Shown here in pieces: positions 1 through 13,866 of a DNA stretch of 64,000 bases (position 1 is the stretch's first letter; the number at the start of each line of letters is the position of its first letter). This stretch comes from Lytechinus pictus (Eukaryota): contig NC_087250.1 in NCBI RefSeq assembly GCF_037042905.1, positions 23,872,001 to 23,936,000 of the forward strand, given 5' to 3'. Under the pieces are notes generated by a model. The model did not search any database and was not told the DNA's origin. It saw only the letters and a list, made by a program, of their open reading frames with translations. Both the position numbers and the translations under genes were made by a program.

Positions 1-95
1 AAATTATGATCGGTACTAATTGTTTGACTTTGAAGTCTTTGTCTTTGGAAATTGAATCGGTTAAAATTAATTAGTCTTAATATTTTATTTTTCAG

Positions 96-158
96 ATATG
101 GTGTCAAGATTCGTGCCCCTCATGCACTGGTGATGACATTTTTGTTCGGATCTGGAAG
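96..158 (+). CDS. PXMP4: Peroxisomal membrane protein 4, internal exon (gene starts upstream of window)
   Basis: ttcag|...|gtaaag boundaries; encodes YGVKIRAPHALVMTFLFGSG, matching the conserved PXMP4/PMP24 motif. Confidence 0.93.
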
Positions 159-431
159 GTAAAGATTGAGAGTAAAGAACCAAGGATCATATTTTAAGAA
201 ATAAACTTACCACCCCCCTTGTTTCTTCAAAATTCTCTTTGCCTTTGGTTAGCCTTGAAATTATTCATGTCATTCATTTTTTTAAATGCATAATTTTTTG
301 TGATTATCAGTTACAATGTAGGTCATGCCTAATATTAGATGTGCAGTCTAATGTTGTACAGGTTAGTAAAATGGCATTCATTTTGTTTTCATCACCATCA
401 TTGATTATCGTTATATCGTCATTATCATTAT

Positions 432-599
432 CAGGGGCCGCGGAACCGGGGGGGGGGGGGGGGGCTGGGGGGGGGGGGGGGCTTCAGCCCCCCACTTTTT
501 TCCAAAATCGTGTACAAAAAAGTAAAAATGACCATATGATTGTGATTTTTAGCATGGTCAGCCCCCCCCCCCACTTTGAAAACTGTTCCGTGGCCCCTG
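432..599. mobile_element. Short hAT-like MITE with G/C runs
   Basis: Inverted termini CAGGGGCCGCGGAAC / GTTCCGTGGCCCCTG; TSD unclear in low-complexity (CAT/TAT)n flank. Confidence 0.6.
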
Positions 600-776
600 A
601 TTATCACATCATCATCACCATAATGATGACATCATTATCCTCCTTCTCATTCTCATCCTCCTTTTCCTCATCCTTATTTTAAATATCATAATCACCATCA
701 CCACCACCATCACTATCATCATCATCATTATTGATTTCATCTTTGTCTGATTAATCTAAACCTTTTTATTTCCCAG

Positions 777-975
777 TTTACGTGACAAGGTACGAGTCAT
801 TCTCAAAGCAACCTACACTCATTCCAAGAATCTTGCATCGTTTGTCTTCCTCTATAAAACAATGCTCGTCATCATGAGAAGAATAGAAGGCAAACAACAG
901 GGGGCGCACTCTCTACTAGCGGGCTTCTTAGGAGGTTATATCATTTTTGGAGAGAATAACAAAGTTAATAGCCAG
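777..975 (+). CDS. PXMP4: PXMP4 internal exon
   Basis: cccag|...|gtaaa; LRDKVRVILKATYTHSKNLASFVFLYK...HSLLAGFLGGYIIFGENNKVNSQ; phase matches flanking exons. Confidence 0.93.
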
Positions 976-1399
976 GTAAAGTTTTGTTTTGTTTTGTTCG
1001 AGTTAATTCCTATTTTAATGTCTCCTTTATTCCCTCTTCTTTATCTTCCCGGCTGCATCCTCTGGCTGTAATATTTCCCCTCCTTTCTCTCTTTTTCTCA
1101 TGACCAATCTCTTTAACCGACTCTTTATCAGTCTCACATTCTCTCTCCCTCTCTCTTACACATACTTGAGACAGTCTGCTGGTTGGGAGACTTATTTCCT
1201 TTGTTCGCATTTGTTGAAAGGGATTACCTAGGCACTAAATTAGAAAGTGATAAGCAAATTTCTCATGACCTTTTTATCATCTTATTCTGTTTTTGTAATA
1301 TTTTGTGCTATCATCTACACACAAAACCAATGGGCATCTCACCTCAGGGGGACAGAATCATTGTTGGGAGAATTGCTGTTGTCAATGTTGATTCTTTTG

Positions 1400-1745
1400 A
1401 TAATAATAATATATAGTATATCTGAAGCGCCAAATCTACATTGATTATGTGCTCAAGGCGCTGAGAAAAATTACATGGGGCAGGATAAAAGAAACACAAT
1501 CATGACAATGAGAGGAAACTATTTGAAGGCAATATTAAACAAATTGGTTTTTAGAGCAATGTTGAAACAATCGATTATTGAAATATTACGGATGGAATCA
1601 ATCTGGCAACGATTCCACAAGGATGGCCCAGCATGTGCAAATGACCGATACCCCATGATTTTTTGGATTTAGGAACTGTAAGTAATTTTGAATCAGAAGA
1701 TCTTAAACGTTTACTTTAGGTGGATTGTATGCCATCAACAAATTA
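1400..1745 (-). mobile_element. Decayed L2/CR1-clade LINE 3' end in PXMP4 intron
   Basis: Minus-strand frameshifted translation KRLRSSDSKLLTVPK..G/DRSFAHAGPSLWN..LP..IR..LKTNLF followed by a short tail. Confidence 0.7.
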
Positions 1746-1877
1746 ACATTATATTCATAATCAGCTTTAATCCATATTTGAATAGCAAGTCTCCAAAAAC
1801 TCTCCATCATTGGAACACACTCTATCTCTCAGCCTCCTTCCATGATTATTGATGATTTGTATTTCCTTTCTATCCAG

Positions 1878-2138
1878 ATTAACATGTACCTACTATCCCG
1901 CATCTTATTCGGGGCTGCCCGGATGGCTCGCGACAAGGGCTTGATCCCGGACCCAAAATTTGACGTCTTCCCCATCTTTGCTGCCATCGTGTGGGCAATT
2001 GTCATGTGGCAGTTCGAAACCCACCAGCCTGTACTGCAGCAATCGCTTCAGAACTCCATGACGTATCTCTATCATGATTCCAACGTGTGGCACAGTATAT
2101 CTGACTTCTTGTGGAGAAATAAACCTGGACAGATATGA
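1878..2138 (+). CDS. PXMP4: PXMP4 last coding exon
   Basis: tatccag acceptor; INMYLLSRILF...LQQSLQNSMTYLYHDSNVW...TGA, the typical PXMP4 C-terminus. Confidence 0.93.
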   Translation: MNMYLLSRILFGAARMARDKGLIPDPKFDVFPIFAAIVWAIVMWQFETHQPVLQQSLQNSMTYLYHDSNVWHSISDFLWRNKPGQI

Positions 2139-4236
2139 TAAGATGGGGCCCGGTTTCACAAAGCTCAGTGATTAAACATTTGTTTTAATTTTACAACTGA
2201 TTCTACATTGTGGTTATTGCTATCAATGGTAATGATTTGTTCTGCAATCATTGCTATGCTTTGTGTCACATGTCTCAGTTTTGATATTAGCAAATTTATA
2301 TGGACCTTTCTAAAATGTATGTTGAAACTAATGTACACGTATGGGAGATTTCTAATGTATGTAAGCATATAGGGACAAATATTTTGAGGGAGCTTGATTT
2401 GGATTACGACTCACTTTTTTAGAAAAAATTGAAATCAATTGAAGTAAGGGAGCCAAAGGTTAACTGATATTCTATTATGACTTTGGCATGTGAAAATTGA
2501 AATCAGCCAGATATTCAGACATTTATATTGTAATTATGATGCTGAGAAATGTGATACAATTAATTATCTAAAAAAAGGAATATTTTTTGTGGGGATGGGA
2601 GTGAAAAGTGTTGGGGCGTTTAGCCGAACCCCCACAAGTACTCTATTCCAATGTATATATTGAAGTGTTATAGGGAAAATGATTAAAGTTCAGGGATGGC
2701 AACAAGGCAATGGGGGCCAATTGCCCCTTATGATTTTTAATTAGCCCCCCCCCAAAAAAAAAAAAAAAATAATAATACTAATAATTTAATAAAAAGAAAG
2801 AAATAGAATAAACAAGAAAGATGAGATTTGAAGAGGGTGAGTATGGTCATATGAACTCAGCCCCTCTCCCTAATACTTCCAGGCTTGGGAATGATAATCA
2901 GCTCTCCATATCATAGTCTGAATGCAACACAAAGATACTTATGCATATTATTCTATGTTTACTTGCAATTGAGAGCATGAAAAAAAAATTATTTGAAAAT
3001 GTTTGAAATAATCTTGAGGTCTATCAGACCAGCTTGCCAAACAGTATGTTCAAGTTAACTGTTGAACCAAAACTTTTATTTCAAGCCTTTTAAAACAATT
3101 TTGTAAGAAATGATTGCGAACCCCACCAGAAAATGAACATATTTAAAGTGTTCAAGTTGTGCCATGTTTTAGATATTTAATTGTGAAGTCAGGTGATAAA
3201 ATATTTTGTTAAAAATGTTCTCTGGGCTCAAAAAATATTATAGTGTCATTGTCTACATTCAACTCTCAGCATGAATGGGTGCATTTTGGTGGGGTTCACT
3301 AACTTTTGAGCACAACTGTAAGTAAAGTTTGACTGAACAATGCAAATTTGCAATAATTGTTCATTGAATGTGAATTTCAAGTAAACTAAGTTTATAATTG
3401 TTATTTTTACATCTCAGGAAAATTTGTAGGTATAAGTTATTTTTTAATTGTCTTTAACCTTCCATTGACCAGGGTTTGCCAAGAAAATTATTAGAACAGG
3501 GTAGGGGAGTCCATGTATTAAAAGTCAATCTTTTCATGGGATGGATAAGCTCTTTTAAGTCCAAAGAAAATATTCAGGGGGCACAAGGGTCATATGCCCC
3601 CTTTTTTGTACCCAAATTTGTACATGGTAATTATCCTACACCAAACTTTTCAGTTTTGAGAACCTTTTAATATGGAGCTCATGAAACGATTGCATGTATT
3701 GTCTGTTGAATGAAAATATTTTTTAAAACTAAAAAGTTAAGGGATGAGTATTATTGTAATATGAAACTTGTTTACCTTCTCTGTTTCTCCCTATTTTTGT
3801 CTCTTTCTGCCCCCAGCCCTGCTCTCTTTCTCTCTCACTCTCACAGTGTATCTGATGTTGTTTCTCCCTTACCATCAACTTTTTTTAAAATATTGTGAAA
3901 GGGTCTCTATCTGTCTTCTCGCTCTTTCTTTCTCTCTCTCTCACTATACCACTATTCATTTCTCAAACTTTGTATTTTTTTTTAAAGACTGGTTCCCTTT
4001 TTCCTTTGTCACCAATTTCTCCCTCTCTTTCCCCCTTCCCATCCCTATCTAATCTTATATGACTTGTATATAATTAATATGGATTTTATATAAAAGAAAA
4101 TGTGTAACATATATATATATATTTCTATCACTGCTGCCTAAATTAAACATATAATGCAAATTACATGAATATTAATTTACTTGCGAATGTTGCATTTATT
4201 CCTCTTGTGATATTCTCACAATATCCCCATCTTTAA

Positions 4237-4999
4237 CCCTAACTAGGCCGGGCTTTTTTGGCTGTTCTGTGGCCGGGGGGGGGTTGATTCAACCCCCCCC
4301 TGAGATCTCAGCCGCCGATCGCGCTAGCGCCGCAAAAATTTGCACGCTCGTAGTGTGCGATATAATCTACAAGGCTGTATGGTAAAATTTTCCAAAATAA
4401 TGAGATTTTATTTTATATGAATTAATTATGCTAATTTATGCATAAATCATACTTATTGCTCTAATTCACTAAATAAAGCTCCTAGAATGCTAATTTTTGG
4501 TAAAAATATTCTTTGTAGCATTCTTAACAATGGCAATTGAAAAAAACTTCGGTTTGGAAATCGATTTCTTATGTATTTTATTGTTTTATGAATTTCTTAT
4601 GTATTTCTTTGTTTTTCAACCTTTTGTTTTTCTTTGTTTTTTTCACCAGATTTATTGCACAACCTTTTTGAAGCATAATTATGCTAAAATCAATTGCTTT
4701 CAGCTGTTTAAAGTAAAAATAATCATATCTTTATGAATAAGATGAGAAAACTCAATTTGCATTGACTTTGTACACAAAATCACGTTTTGGAACAATTTTT
4801 GGTCTGACATGCACTTACAAAATGTTGCGTAATTTCGGAACCGCGTACCCGGGTGTCGTAAATTTGGTGTCAAAAGATGCGTGAGACTTGATAGTATAAA
4901 CTCTACGAGTGGCACGGTCAAAAAATTTCGCGCGGCGGAATGATCGCAGAAAATGTTGAGGGGGGGGTTGATTCAACCCCCCCCCCGGCCATTTTAGGG
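4237..4999. mobile_element. piggyBac-like non-autonomous element
   Basis: TTAA at 4233-4236 and 5000-5003; CCCTAA...TTAGGG termini; palindromic GGGGGGTTGATTCAACCCCCC motif near both ends. Confidence 0.8.
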
Positions 5000-7900
5000 T
5001 TAATGGTTTAACATAATATTCACAATCCATAGATTGTGTTCGTGTTTTTAAATCAGTGTTGAATTGTCTAGACAAACCATTGCAAACATGTTACATGTAT
5101 GGAAGCACGAGAATGTCCAAAACAAGTACCTAGTGTATGCATGTGTCATGTCATAACTCAAATATGGTACAAACTACATAGTCATGATAATTTATGTCAT
5201 GCCTTAATTTGAATAAATAATCAAGACATGATATAATGATTTTGCAACTCATTATAAATGTCATGTCTAAAATGGAATCAATGCATGTTTTGTTTTGTAA
5301 TGATTTTGCATGACAGGATTGTGTCAGATCTTAATCTGAATTAAGAGATGAAGTAAAATAATTGACATGTACCAGTTCAAATTACGACATTACAAATATT
5401 CCTATCTCATGCTTCTATATATATCAAGGTTTAAAAACATGGACAGGCGCGCATCCAGCATCAGCTCCTACAAAGCATTTCATGTGCCCAATTGTTTGGG
5501 GACAATAGTGACTCTATTTTGCTTGTGCATGGGGCCCCATACATTTCTTTATCATAATTGATGCTGGATACGCTAGTCATGGGTACACACAGTTCTGCAA
5601 CAGATCTCAGCAATGTCTGATGTACAGTCAATGGAAAGAGTATGAGCTGTCAAAATGACTATTTTTATTGCCCAATTACAGACAATATTTCCTTGGACAG
5701 TGGCCCATCTGATAAAAATGTACAAATATGGCAAATCTACCATTACTGTAACTACCATGGAAACATGGTATTGATTGGCTTCTGAGTTCTATTACTATGG
5801 TACATATAGTTGCCATAGTGGCAAAATTACCATAATCATAAGTCCTTTATTTTATGAAGTGAACCTCTGACACATACAATGTGTGTCTATCAAAATAAGA
5901 TGTCTCCTTATTAAAGTATACTCCATAATTTGTTGCTGTGTTTGGTCGCAACATATTTGAATGGGGCTTTAGCCGTCTGTACCACAAATGTGAAAAATTT
6001 GAGCCTCTTTTGGAATAACTGTCAACATAAATAAAGAAAAGATAGAAGTTGTACATTTACACACATTTATTATAAGAATATACATGTATATACAAAAATA
6101 AATATTTTATATTCTTTAAGTTGGATGATAAATTATAAAAGAAGATTAAATTCAGAATGTGATGATGCAAGGAGTACAGACATAGAATTCATGTGGATTT
6201 TTAGGAGTCAGGATTTTTATCTGACAAGGGTCTGAACATGCAGGCCAAAAGTAATTCATTATTACACGAGTGGTAGTGTGGAACGTTGAATAATAGTTTG
6301 CACTCCACCTGAGCAACTGATGTAAAGTTAAATCGCAATAGTGGTTAACCGCAGTTAACATAAAACACTATCATGGTAGCTAATACAATGCAAACCTTCT
6401 AACATCATTTGATTTATTTGTTGCAGAAGAGTCTTAAAGATAAAGTTTAATATGTAAATGTATAGTATGACCTCAAATGACCTTTGCATGTGGTCTCCAA
6501 CACAACCATGACATCTTGAAATCCCTTCTTCCTCATTTCCAGTGCATCTTAGAAAAAGAGAAAGAAAAAAAATTACTTAAGATTTGGGGTATAATTTAAC
6601 ACCACATGTGGAAAAGCTACATACAGCTTAAATGAATGCATTAGAATCCAAAATATCAAGAATAATTTAAAAACTTCCAACACCTACTTAGCTTTTTGTA
6701 CGCAAGCAAATTAGAAGATGAATGTGAGACAGTTGTACCGTTGCACACATACCATCCAAAATGGACCATTGCACAGATAGGCTATGCAGACTGTGCAATA
6801 CGCGTAGGGCCTACTGTGTGCTGCCGCTACAGATATGATGCGCCCTTGAATATCAGAGAACTTACTCTTTGCTTTCTATAATTATGGATTTACATCTGAT
6901 AGGGAAGAATTTTGTTCCTCATTTCGCTAACTTCTGAGGCATTTTACAGCACAAACAGCAATTATTCTTATTCATGCAACATAGCCTCATTTAATAGAGC
7001 ATCTTTCTTCCACCTCATGCAAAATCTTGTACCATCGCACCATTCGCTATTTGGATTGATTTTGGTCATATTCTATTAAAGTAAAACTACAAATGTATAT
7101 TGCACAAAAAGAAACTAAAATATAATACATGTTCATTAATAATACTGAAATAATAATGACTAACATAAAGCCATTCCCGGGATAAGATTTAAAATAGAGA
7201 TGATTGAACTGTGATAAGGTCTAAGGAGCACATTTCCCATTTTCAGATCTATAGTTGAAAACATCTTAAACACTATACACTTGAAGTGAATAGGAACAAG
7301 AACTGAATTATAAAATCAATATAATAAACATGAAATAAACACACATACATATTTTGTTTATGGCACAATATCAAAATTGGTTTCAATGACGTACATGTAC
7401 AACGTAACTTTTAACCAATGTAAACCACATATGTACATGTACTTAAAATTTCACTATACACGTTTCATGCAAATGTATGGAATTTGAACTACAGTAAGTT
7501 CAAATTCTACACCATACATTTATTTCAAATGCAAGGCAAGAGAATGCGTTCTTATATAACCCTGCTCAATTCTAAATATGCCCATGATACTGTAATATTA
7601 CAAATTATCAACGGCAAAGTACATTTAAAATATTTTACAAATGAAAGATAAAATAATTCATATTTACCCTTGGAATGCCGGGAGTAGAAAAGGTTAACAA
7701 AACAAGTATGACAATTTCCCATTATCACAGTTCCAATTAATTATAATGATAATAAACACAGCATCTACTGTATGCGCCATCTATCTTGTAAACTATTCCA
7801 AGGCGCAGAGGGATGGGGGGGGGGGAGGGGAATTGACATCAGTATACACTTCCCAAGCCCCCTTCCATATTCTGAGAACTGATACCTAAATAAATTAGAG

Positions 7901-8086
7901 GTCAGTCTGAACGCGATCATCAAAGTAGAGCAATATTCAGCCAATGCACGATGTACATCTATGTACATACATGTATATAATATAGTATTACTCATCCTTA
8001 TTGGAATGAAAAGTTATGACAATAATGGATTCCCACATACTATAGTTGAGGTTGACTGGATCAATCACAACTCTTTGTAAGACCTG

Positions 8087-8254
8087 GGGGCCGTTTCATA
8101 AAGCTGTTCGGAAGTTAAGAGCAACTTTAAGAACGACTGGTGATCCTTTCTTACGCGCTAAACCATCACCAATGAATATAACATTTACCACAAGAAAGGA
8201 TCACCAGTTCTTAAAGTCGCTCTTAACTTACGAACAGCTTTATGAAACACCCAC
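8087..8254. mobile_element. PIF/Harbinger-like MITE (same family as 61495-61664)
   Basis: Long imperfect TIR GTTTCATAAAGCTGTTCG..AAGTTAAGAGC / GCTCTTAACTT..CGAACAGCTTTATGAAAC; flanks CTG / CAG. Confidence 0.75.
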
Positions 8255-8261
8255 CAGACCC

Positions 8262-9300
8262 TGCTCTTTTCTCATATGCTTTGTACACTGACCAACACAT
8301 TCCAGTGGTAAACCATTTCAGATCAAGAGTGACCAGTTCCATGATCTTCCCTTCGCTCTTAATGACTGCTTTCCATATAACTTCAGGATCACTGCTGAAT
8401 TCTCTTTTCCTCATACGCTTTCTACAATGATCATTGTGTTCCTTTAGGCAACAATTTAACCGATCAAGGGTGTCTAGTTCAAGGTCGTCACTTCCCTATC
8501 AATGAAGGATTTTCAAGCAACTTCAGGAACAGTAACAGTTTGGCGAAATTCTGTTCTTCTCATGCGCATGGCACACTGATCATCGTATTCCTATAGCTAT
8601 AGGCAACAATTTAATTGATCAAGGGCTACAGGTGTTTGATCTTCACTTTGCTCTCCATGAATGCTTTTCACACAACTTGGGAAGCGCTATCCTGTACCAA
8701 CAGTACGACCCCCCTGCTGCTGAGTACAGATTTCCTCCTATAAAGCTATGTGCACAGCTGACCATCCTGGGACACTAGGTGACTTTTCAATCTATCAAGG
8801 ATGACCGATTGAAGTCCTTGACATTGCCTTCTTTCTTCTTGGTTCTCTCCCTCTGCTGATATCGGAGATCAGCCCTATGAAGGCAGTAGTGTAATTTCGA
8901 TGTCACATCACTGAAGGATTTTCACGCAACTTCAGGAACACAGTCCAGTACCTTAACCCTCTCCCTGCTGTACCGTGTTCTTCCCGTACGCTTCACCCAA
9001 TAACCGCGGAACTCTGTTTTTCTCAGACGCTTTGTGCACCTGACAGACCTTATCCAGCAGGAGCACCATCACTGAAGGATTTTCACGCAACTTCGAGAAC
9101 ACTTTCAATTACCTTAACCCTCTTCCTGCCGTGTTCTTCCCATACGCTTCACCCAATAATCGCGGAACTCTGTTTTTCTCACCTGACAGACCCGATCCAG
9201 CAGGCAACAATCTATCAAATAGATCAGGGTGGGAAGTTCAAGATCATCAATCGTCTCATTCCTAGTTCGCACTGTCATGATTCACGCCACGGTGGTCTTA
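8262..9300 (-). repeat. Degenerate tandem array (~150-250 bp units) resembling the VHL last exon
   Basis: Recurrent plus-strand GAAGGATTTTCA(C/A)GCAACTTC at ~8504, ~8913, ~9074 and weaker copies at ~8365 and ~8660; close duplication ~8906-9065 / ~9067-9205. Confidence 0.7.
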
Positions 9301-9463
9301 CTCATGGAGCAATCCTTGTGATCGTATCAGATCATCGCGGCAATCGTATTGACCATAAAAAAATTTGATGGTTCCCAAATTTTCGTGATTACTTACGAAG
9401 TGCCAACCGTGGCATTTTGATGGATCGCAAAACGGCGGGAACGAGGTAGTACGATGATGGTTT

Positions 9464-9603
9464 TCACGGAGCTTGCGGAATGATGTCCCGCACGTGACAG
9501 AGATCATACTTGACTTGTTTAGGGATCTCAAGTTCGTCGACATTGTCTTGGTTGTGGATTAGCTGTCTGACGATTTGTAACGATCTCTCGTATAGGCTGT
9601 AGA
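9464..9603 (-). CDS. VHL: von Hippel-Lindau protein, last exon (alpha domain / BC-box)
   Basis: ttttcctcag acceptor; (I)YSLYERSLQIVRQLIHNQDNVDELEIPKQVKYDL...P*, homologous to the VHL 'VYTLKERCLQVVR' box. Confidence 0.88.
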
Positions 9604-10651
9604 CTGAGGAAAAGACAACAAATAACAAACTATCAATAGGTGCAATAGGTGTGAAGTAGAAATAATGTAATAGGTGGAAAGAAAATCATTAATTTTCTTG
9701 GTATCGCATTGCAATTTGCTCCATATTCTTTCAAGACTGCTACAGAAAAGTTATTTTTTAGGACTGTATGGAGTAGTTGAGAGCTTTAAGGAACAGCAAA
9801 TAACAAAATATCAATATGTGCTATAGGTGGGAAATAGAAGAGCTACAATAGAAGGCAAGAAGGTTGATTGATTGAGGTTTAACAACACTACATGTATACT
9901 AACACAACATATCAAACAAGCATTTGATTATTAATCTGTAAATTTATGTTTCATGGTAGGATTTGTTTTCTTAATATCATTTATATGATCTATTGATTGA
10001 AATGCAAAGTAAATGGAGTTAAAATAAACAATATTGTCTATTATACCGGGAAAAGGTTCCCTACTCTTCTCAATCAGAGAAGTAGGTACTTAAACTTGCA
10101 AATGGTCTGATTCTACCTTAAAATGCTGCAATCAATTGTATATTTTTGAGTACTTCATGACCATCAAGCTATAAGAATTGATTATGTCTTTGCCTTATAT
10201 AAGCCCTTTATAAGCCCTTATAGCTTTTTATTTGCACTGTAGTAATAAAAGTCAGAATTTGGAATTGTCAAGAGTTAAGTTATTGTATTGTTAGATATGT
10301 TTTACCATGAATTGCATGGTTTAAGCCATGTTGTATACTTATTGAATATTTAATCCTATTGTAATCTATTCTTTTCAATGACAATATTGTATTAGTTGAG
10401 ATATCTAATTCATGTATGTGAAGCGCATAGAGACTTTGTGTATTATGCGCTATAGAAATGTAACTTTATTATTATTATGATTATTTAAGTACGAATAAAG
10501 ATTTTGGTATTGGTAAAGAGTCAATAATGTAAATTATACTTGGGTACGACTGACTCGGGGACCCTAAGACTGAATTGAAAGCATGGTGCTCACGTCACAT
10601 ATATGCGAACACGTTGCAAATCTAGCGAATAAGAGGGCAGCACATACTTAC

Positions 10652-10841
10652 TTGGAACTCTTATCTTGATGATTGGAGCCCTATAAAACCTTTCTCCGTC
10701 CCACCGCTCTGGCATGTAGATCAGCCTTCCGACACCATGATCAACAAACTCCAACGTGTCTCCTGTGACCTTGTCTCGTACAATCCATGGGTGCCCCTCG
10801 AAGGTGTGCATGTTCAGCTGACGCCCTGGTGCAAGACCGTT
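10652..10841 (-). CDS. VHL: VHL middle coding exon (beta domain)
   Basis: ctcctag|...|gtaagt; NGLAPGRQLNMHTFEGHPWIVRDKVTGD...IKIRVP; 190 bp, phase 0 to 1 fits neighbours. Confidence 0.9.
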
Positions 10842-11893
10842 CTAGGAGAGTAAATAACATGAATTTTGATTGGTCAATGGATGGTTGCGTGGACAAAATG
10901 CACATGCAACAATGGACCTGATTAGCTAGTAATTTTTATACAGCATATCTTCAGTAAACTGATAATAGAGTCTCATTATGTTACATAAATGTATATCACA
11001 AGAAAAAAGAATATCAAAGTTATTCCCAACTTCTGGTTTGTTTCCTATAAATTTGCACAAAATCAGTACACATCACCCTAACAGGCGAACATAGAAATTC
11101 TTAAATTTCTAACATATTAAAATAAACTCTACTGCAACTTGTAAACAATAACTTTGTTTTAGATTTCTTTCATCTACACAAGACAAACAAAACTAGGCAG
11201 ACTGTCTATAGGCTACATGTGGAGTAGCAAACTAATATCTTATTCTCAACTTCTGGTTTGTTTCCCATATTTGCACAAAATCAGTCATTCAGACATACAG
11301 TGCTGTCTAATTCTGTTCCTAGAGGCAACTCTACTTTTTTTATTCCAGCTTTAGCCAGAATTCTATTCCTGTTTCCAGTGCTCAGTGCATCCTGATACTC
11401 ATCCTACTAGCTTACCTTCCGATACACTTTAACCCTAAAAGGCGAACTGCACGGGGAGCTGTGAGGCAGGCAAAACATTTTTTCTTTTTCGGGGTCTACT
11501 TTTCATGAATACTGCCCAAATCTGTGCAACATTGAATTATAACCTTTAACTTCACATTACAATGAATGGGGATTTTCCAGGGATCCTGTTTTTTTGTTTC
11601 TAGGGCTCTTTTTGAGTAATTTGCGGGCAAAATAGCCCGAGCCCTCGTGTGGCTTTTTCCCTGCTGGGAGGCATAGGACAACAAATATTGAGTCGGACTA
11701 AATTCTGTAGTGTGTGGTATAACGCAATATAACATTAGTCAGATCATGCTCATGGGAGTAATCCTACTGTGTATTAATAAATGAACTCAAGTTTTAGTCA
11801 GACTCTATGGATTTTTATGAGGGAACAAGAGATTTGCCCCTGTGAAGATTGCTTCTCCACTAATTTTTATGAAGATATATGAAGGTTATATGT

Positions 11894-12175
11894 GGGTGCG
11901 TCGTTGTCTAGTGGTTCTGGCTCTCGCCTTTCAAACAGAGGGTCATGGGTTTGAATCCTAGCCAAGGCGTGTTTTCCTTCCGCAAGAAATTTATCCACAC
12001 TGTGCTGCACTCGACCCAGGTGAGGTGAATGGATACCCGGCAAGATTAATTCCTTTAATGCACGAGCGCTGAAAGGCAGCTCGAGCTAAAACCGGGGTAA
12101 TAATAATAATAAAAATGTGCCTCGGAATAGATTGTTTCTAGATAGATGGCTCTATACAAATGCCTATTATTATTT
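11894..12175 (+). mobile_element. tRNA-derived SINE
   Basis: A-box-like GTCTAGTGGTT, B-box-like GGTTTGAATCC, core GCACTCGACCCAGGTGAGGTGAATGG, (TAT)n tail; homologous copies at 54715-54987 and 61380-61775. Confidence 0.8.
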
Positions 12176-12870
12176 ATTAAGGTTAGAATTACTATAGGCT
12201 ATAGGTTGTTGTCTTTTTTTTCTCAGAATCAGGAAGGATTAGGATTAAAATCAGTTTGGGTTTAGGTTTTGCTTCATGTGTGAATGTTCTGTACAGTAGG
12301 AGCAACTGTTATAGGAGCAGCATAGGCAATACATGAGACTAAGCCTACTCATGACAGCCCAAACTGCCCCTAAAATTTTCCCAAAATGCATGCTTTGGGG
12401 CAACCATTCTTTCTAGAGTCACCCCAAGATCTGTTCCAAACAATACTCAAGATCATTTAGAAAATCAATATTCTAACTGTGGCAGAAGAATAGTTTTTTC
12501 TTTTAACTGCACTTGCCCCTAAAAAGTAACCCTTCCAATAAAATAAAAAAAGCCCCCAAAATTCCGCAATAGCCTCAATGTGGAAAAAAGATAGCCCCTA
12601 AAAATAAATATTACTGCTTACCCTGCGCACAGGAGCAAAAATCATGGAACAAGCAAATATCATGGAACCTTTCAAGAAGCACCCTCCCCCCTTCCAGATC
12701 TCATTTCTACCAGGGGAACAATTACACGGGGACTCAAGCAAAATGCTCAGAGCCATGGAAAATTCCCATTCACTATAATGTCAAAGCTTAATACGCATTA
12801 GGTCGTGATTAAAGCAGCCTCCAAAAATATAAAATAAAAAAGAATTTGCCTTATTCCTATTTTTCCATAC

Positions 12871-13032
12871 CTCTGTGTACGTCTGTCTCTGCCCAGCAAA
12901 GTTCATCCATATCACATCAACGATTCTGTCCGTGCTGTTCTTGAACGACACAAAAGCTTTTACGTTTGATCTTCTTGATTTGAGTGGATTCGGCGGAGCC
13001 CTGCTCTGATCATCGTTGTTGTGATCCCCCAT
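12871..13032 (-). CDS. VHL: VHL first coding exon
   Basis: MGDH...PLKSRRSNVKAFVSFKNSTDRIVDVIWMNFAGQRQTYTE|gtatg; VHL beta-domain F-x-N...V..W.NF.G..Y pattern; exon acceptor (ttatccag) at 13178. Confidence 0.9.
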
Positions 13033-13283
13033 CTTGACGTCCTACGGGTTCTGATTCAACGTTAACTCGTTGCTGGAGAATTTATTTTGCTAGAACACAG
13101 CTTTTCCAGAGATGCTAGTCCGAGAAAGCTTGGCATTTGTAATCAATGTGTTACATCAACCTGACATGGTTCTTAACCTGGATAATGAAGAGAAAGAAAT
13201 ACATTCATGTCACATGATGCACTACTCATAGAATTTATTTCAGAGGTTAGGTCAATTTGAAACCCAGCAATGTTCATCATTAA

Positions 13284-13866
13284 AGGAGAATGAAAACCTT
13301 GAAACCAGCTGAATCCATATCAAAGAGAAAAATCAAAGAAACATATTGTTGAAAGTTTGAGGAAGATTGAATTAATAATAAGAAAGTTATGAGCATTTGA
13401 ATATTGAGATCACTAATGCCATGTAGTTCCTCCAATTGGCAATGCGACCAAGATCTGTGATGTCACACACGTACAACTCCCTCATTACTTTAGTACTTAT
13501 TTCACTTATATCCTCACTTTTATAGAGTCTATCACAAGGTGAGGTGTTCTCTTTATGAGAGGACAAGTACAGAGGTTTCACAACATTATATCATTGATGA
13601 ATCATTTGCCATATGATTAGAATGAGCAAAAAGAGATGTTTTGGGGTATATTTTCAGTGTCCAAATGGGAGAGTTGTTCATCTGTGACATCATAGATCTT
13701 GGTCGCATTGCCAATGGGAGGATCTCCATAGCATTAGTGATCTCGACATTCAAATGCTCATAACTCTTCTATTGCTAGTCCTATTTTACTCAAACTTTTG
13801 TTGATCTTATTCTTTGATTTTTCTGCTCTCACAAAAGCTAACTTGCTCCAAGAGTTTCATTCTCCT
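13284..13866. mobile_element. Kolobok-like MITE (TTAA TSD)
   Basis: TTAA|AGGAGAATGAAA ... TTTCATTCTCCT|TTAA; largely self-complementary body. Confidence 0.8.

Noticed and set aside
239..682. 147-aa ORF
   Set aside because: Intronic; spans a G-run MITE and low-complexity sequence.
9464..9466. VHL TGA as selenocysteine/readthrough with a SECIS-like hairpin in the repeats
   Set aside because: The frame closes about 24 codons later with no recognisable extension, and the hairpins lack a convincing SECIS core.
11894..11966. tRNA gene
   Set aside because: Degenerate cloverleaf continuing into a SINE body and tail; several diverged copies in the window.
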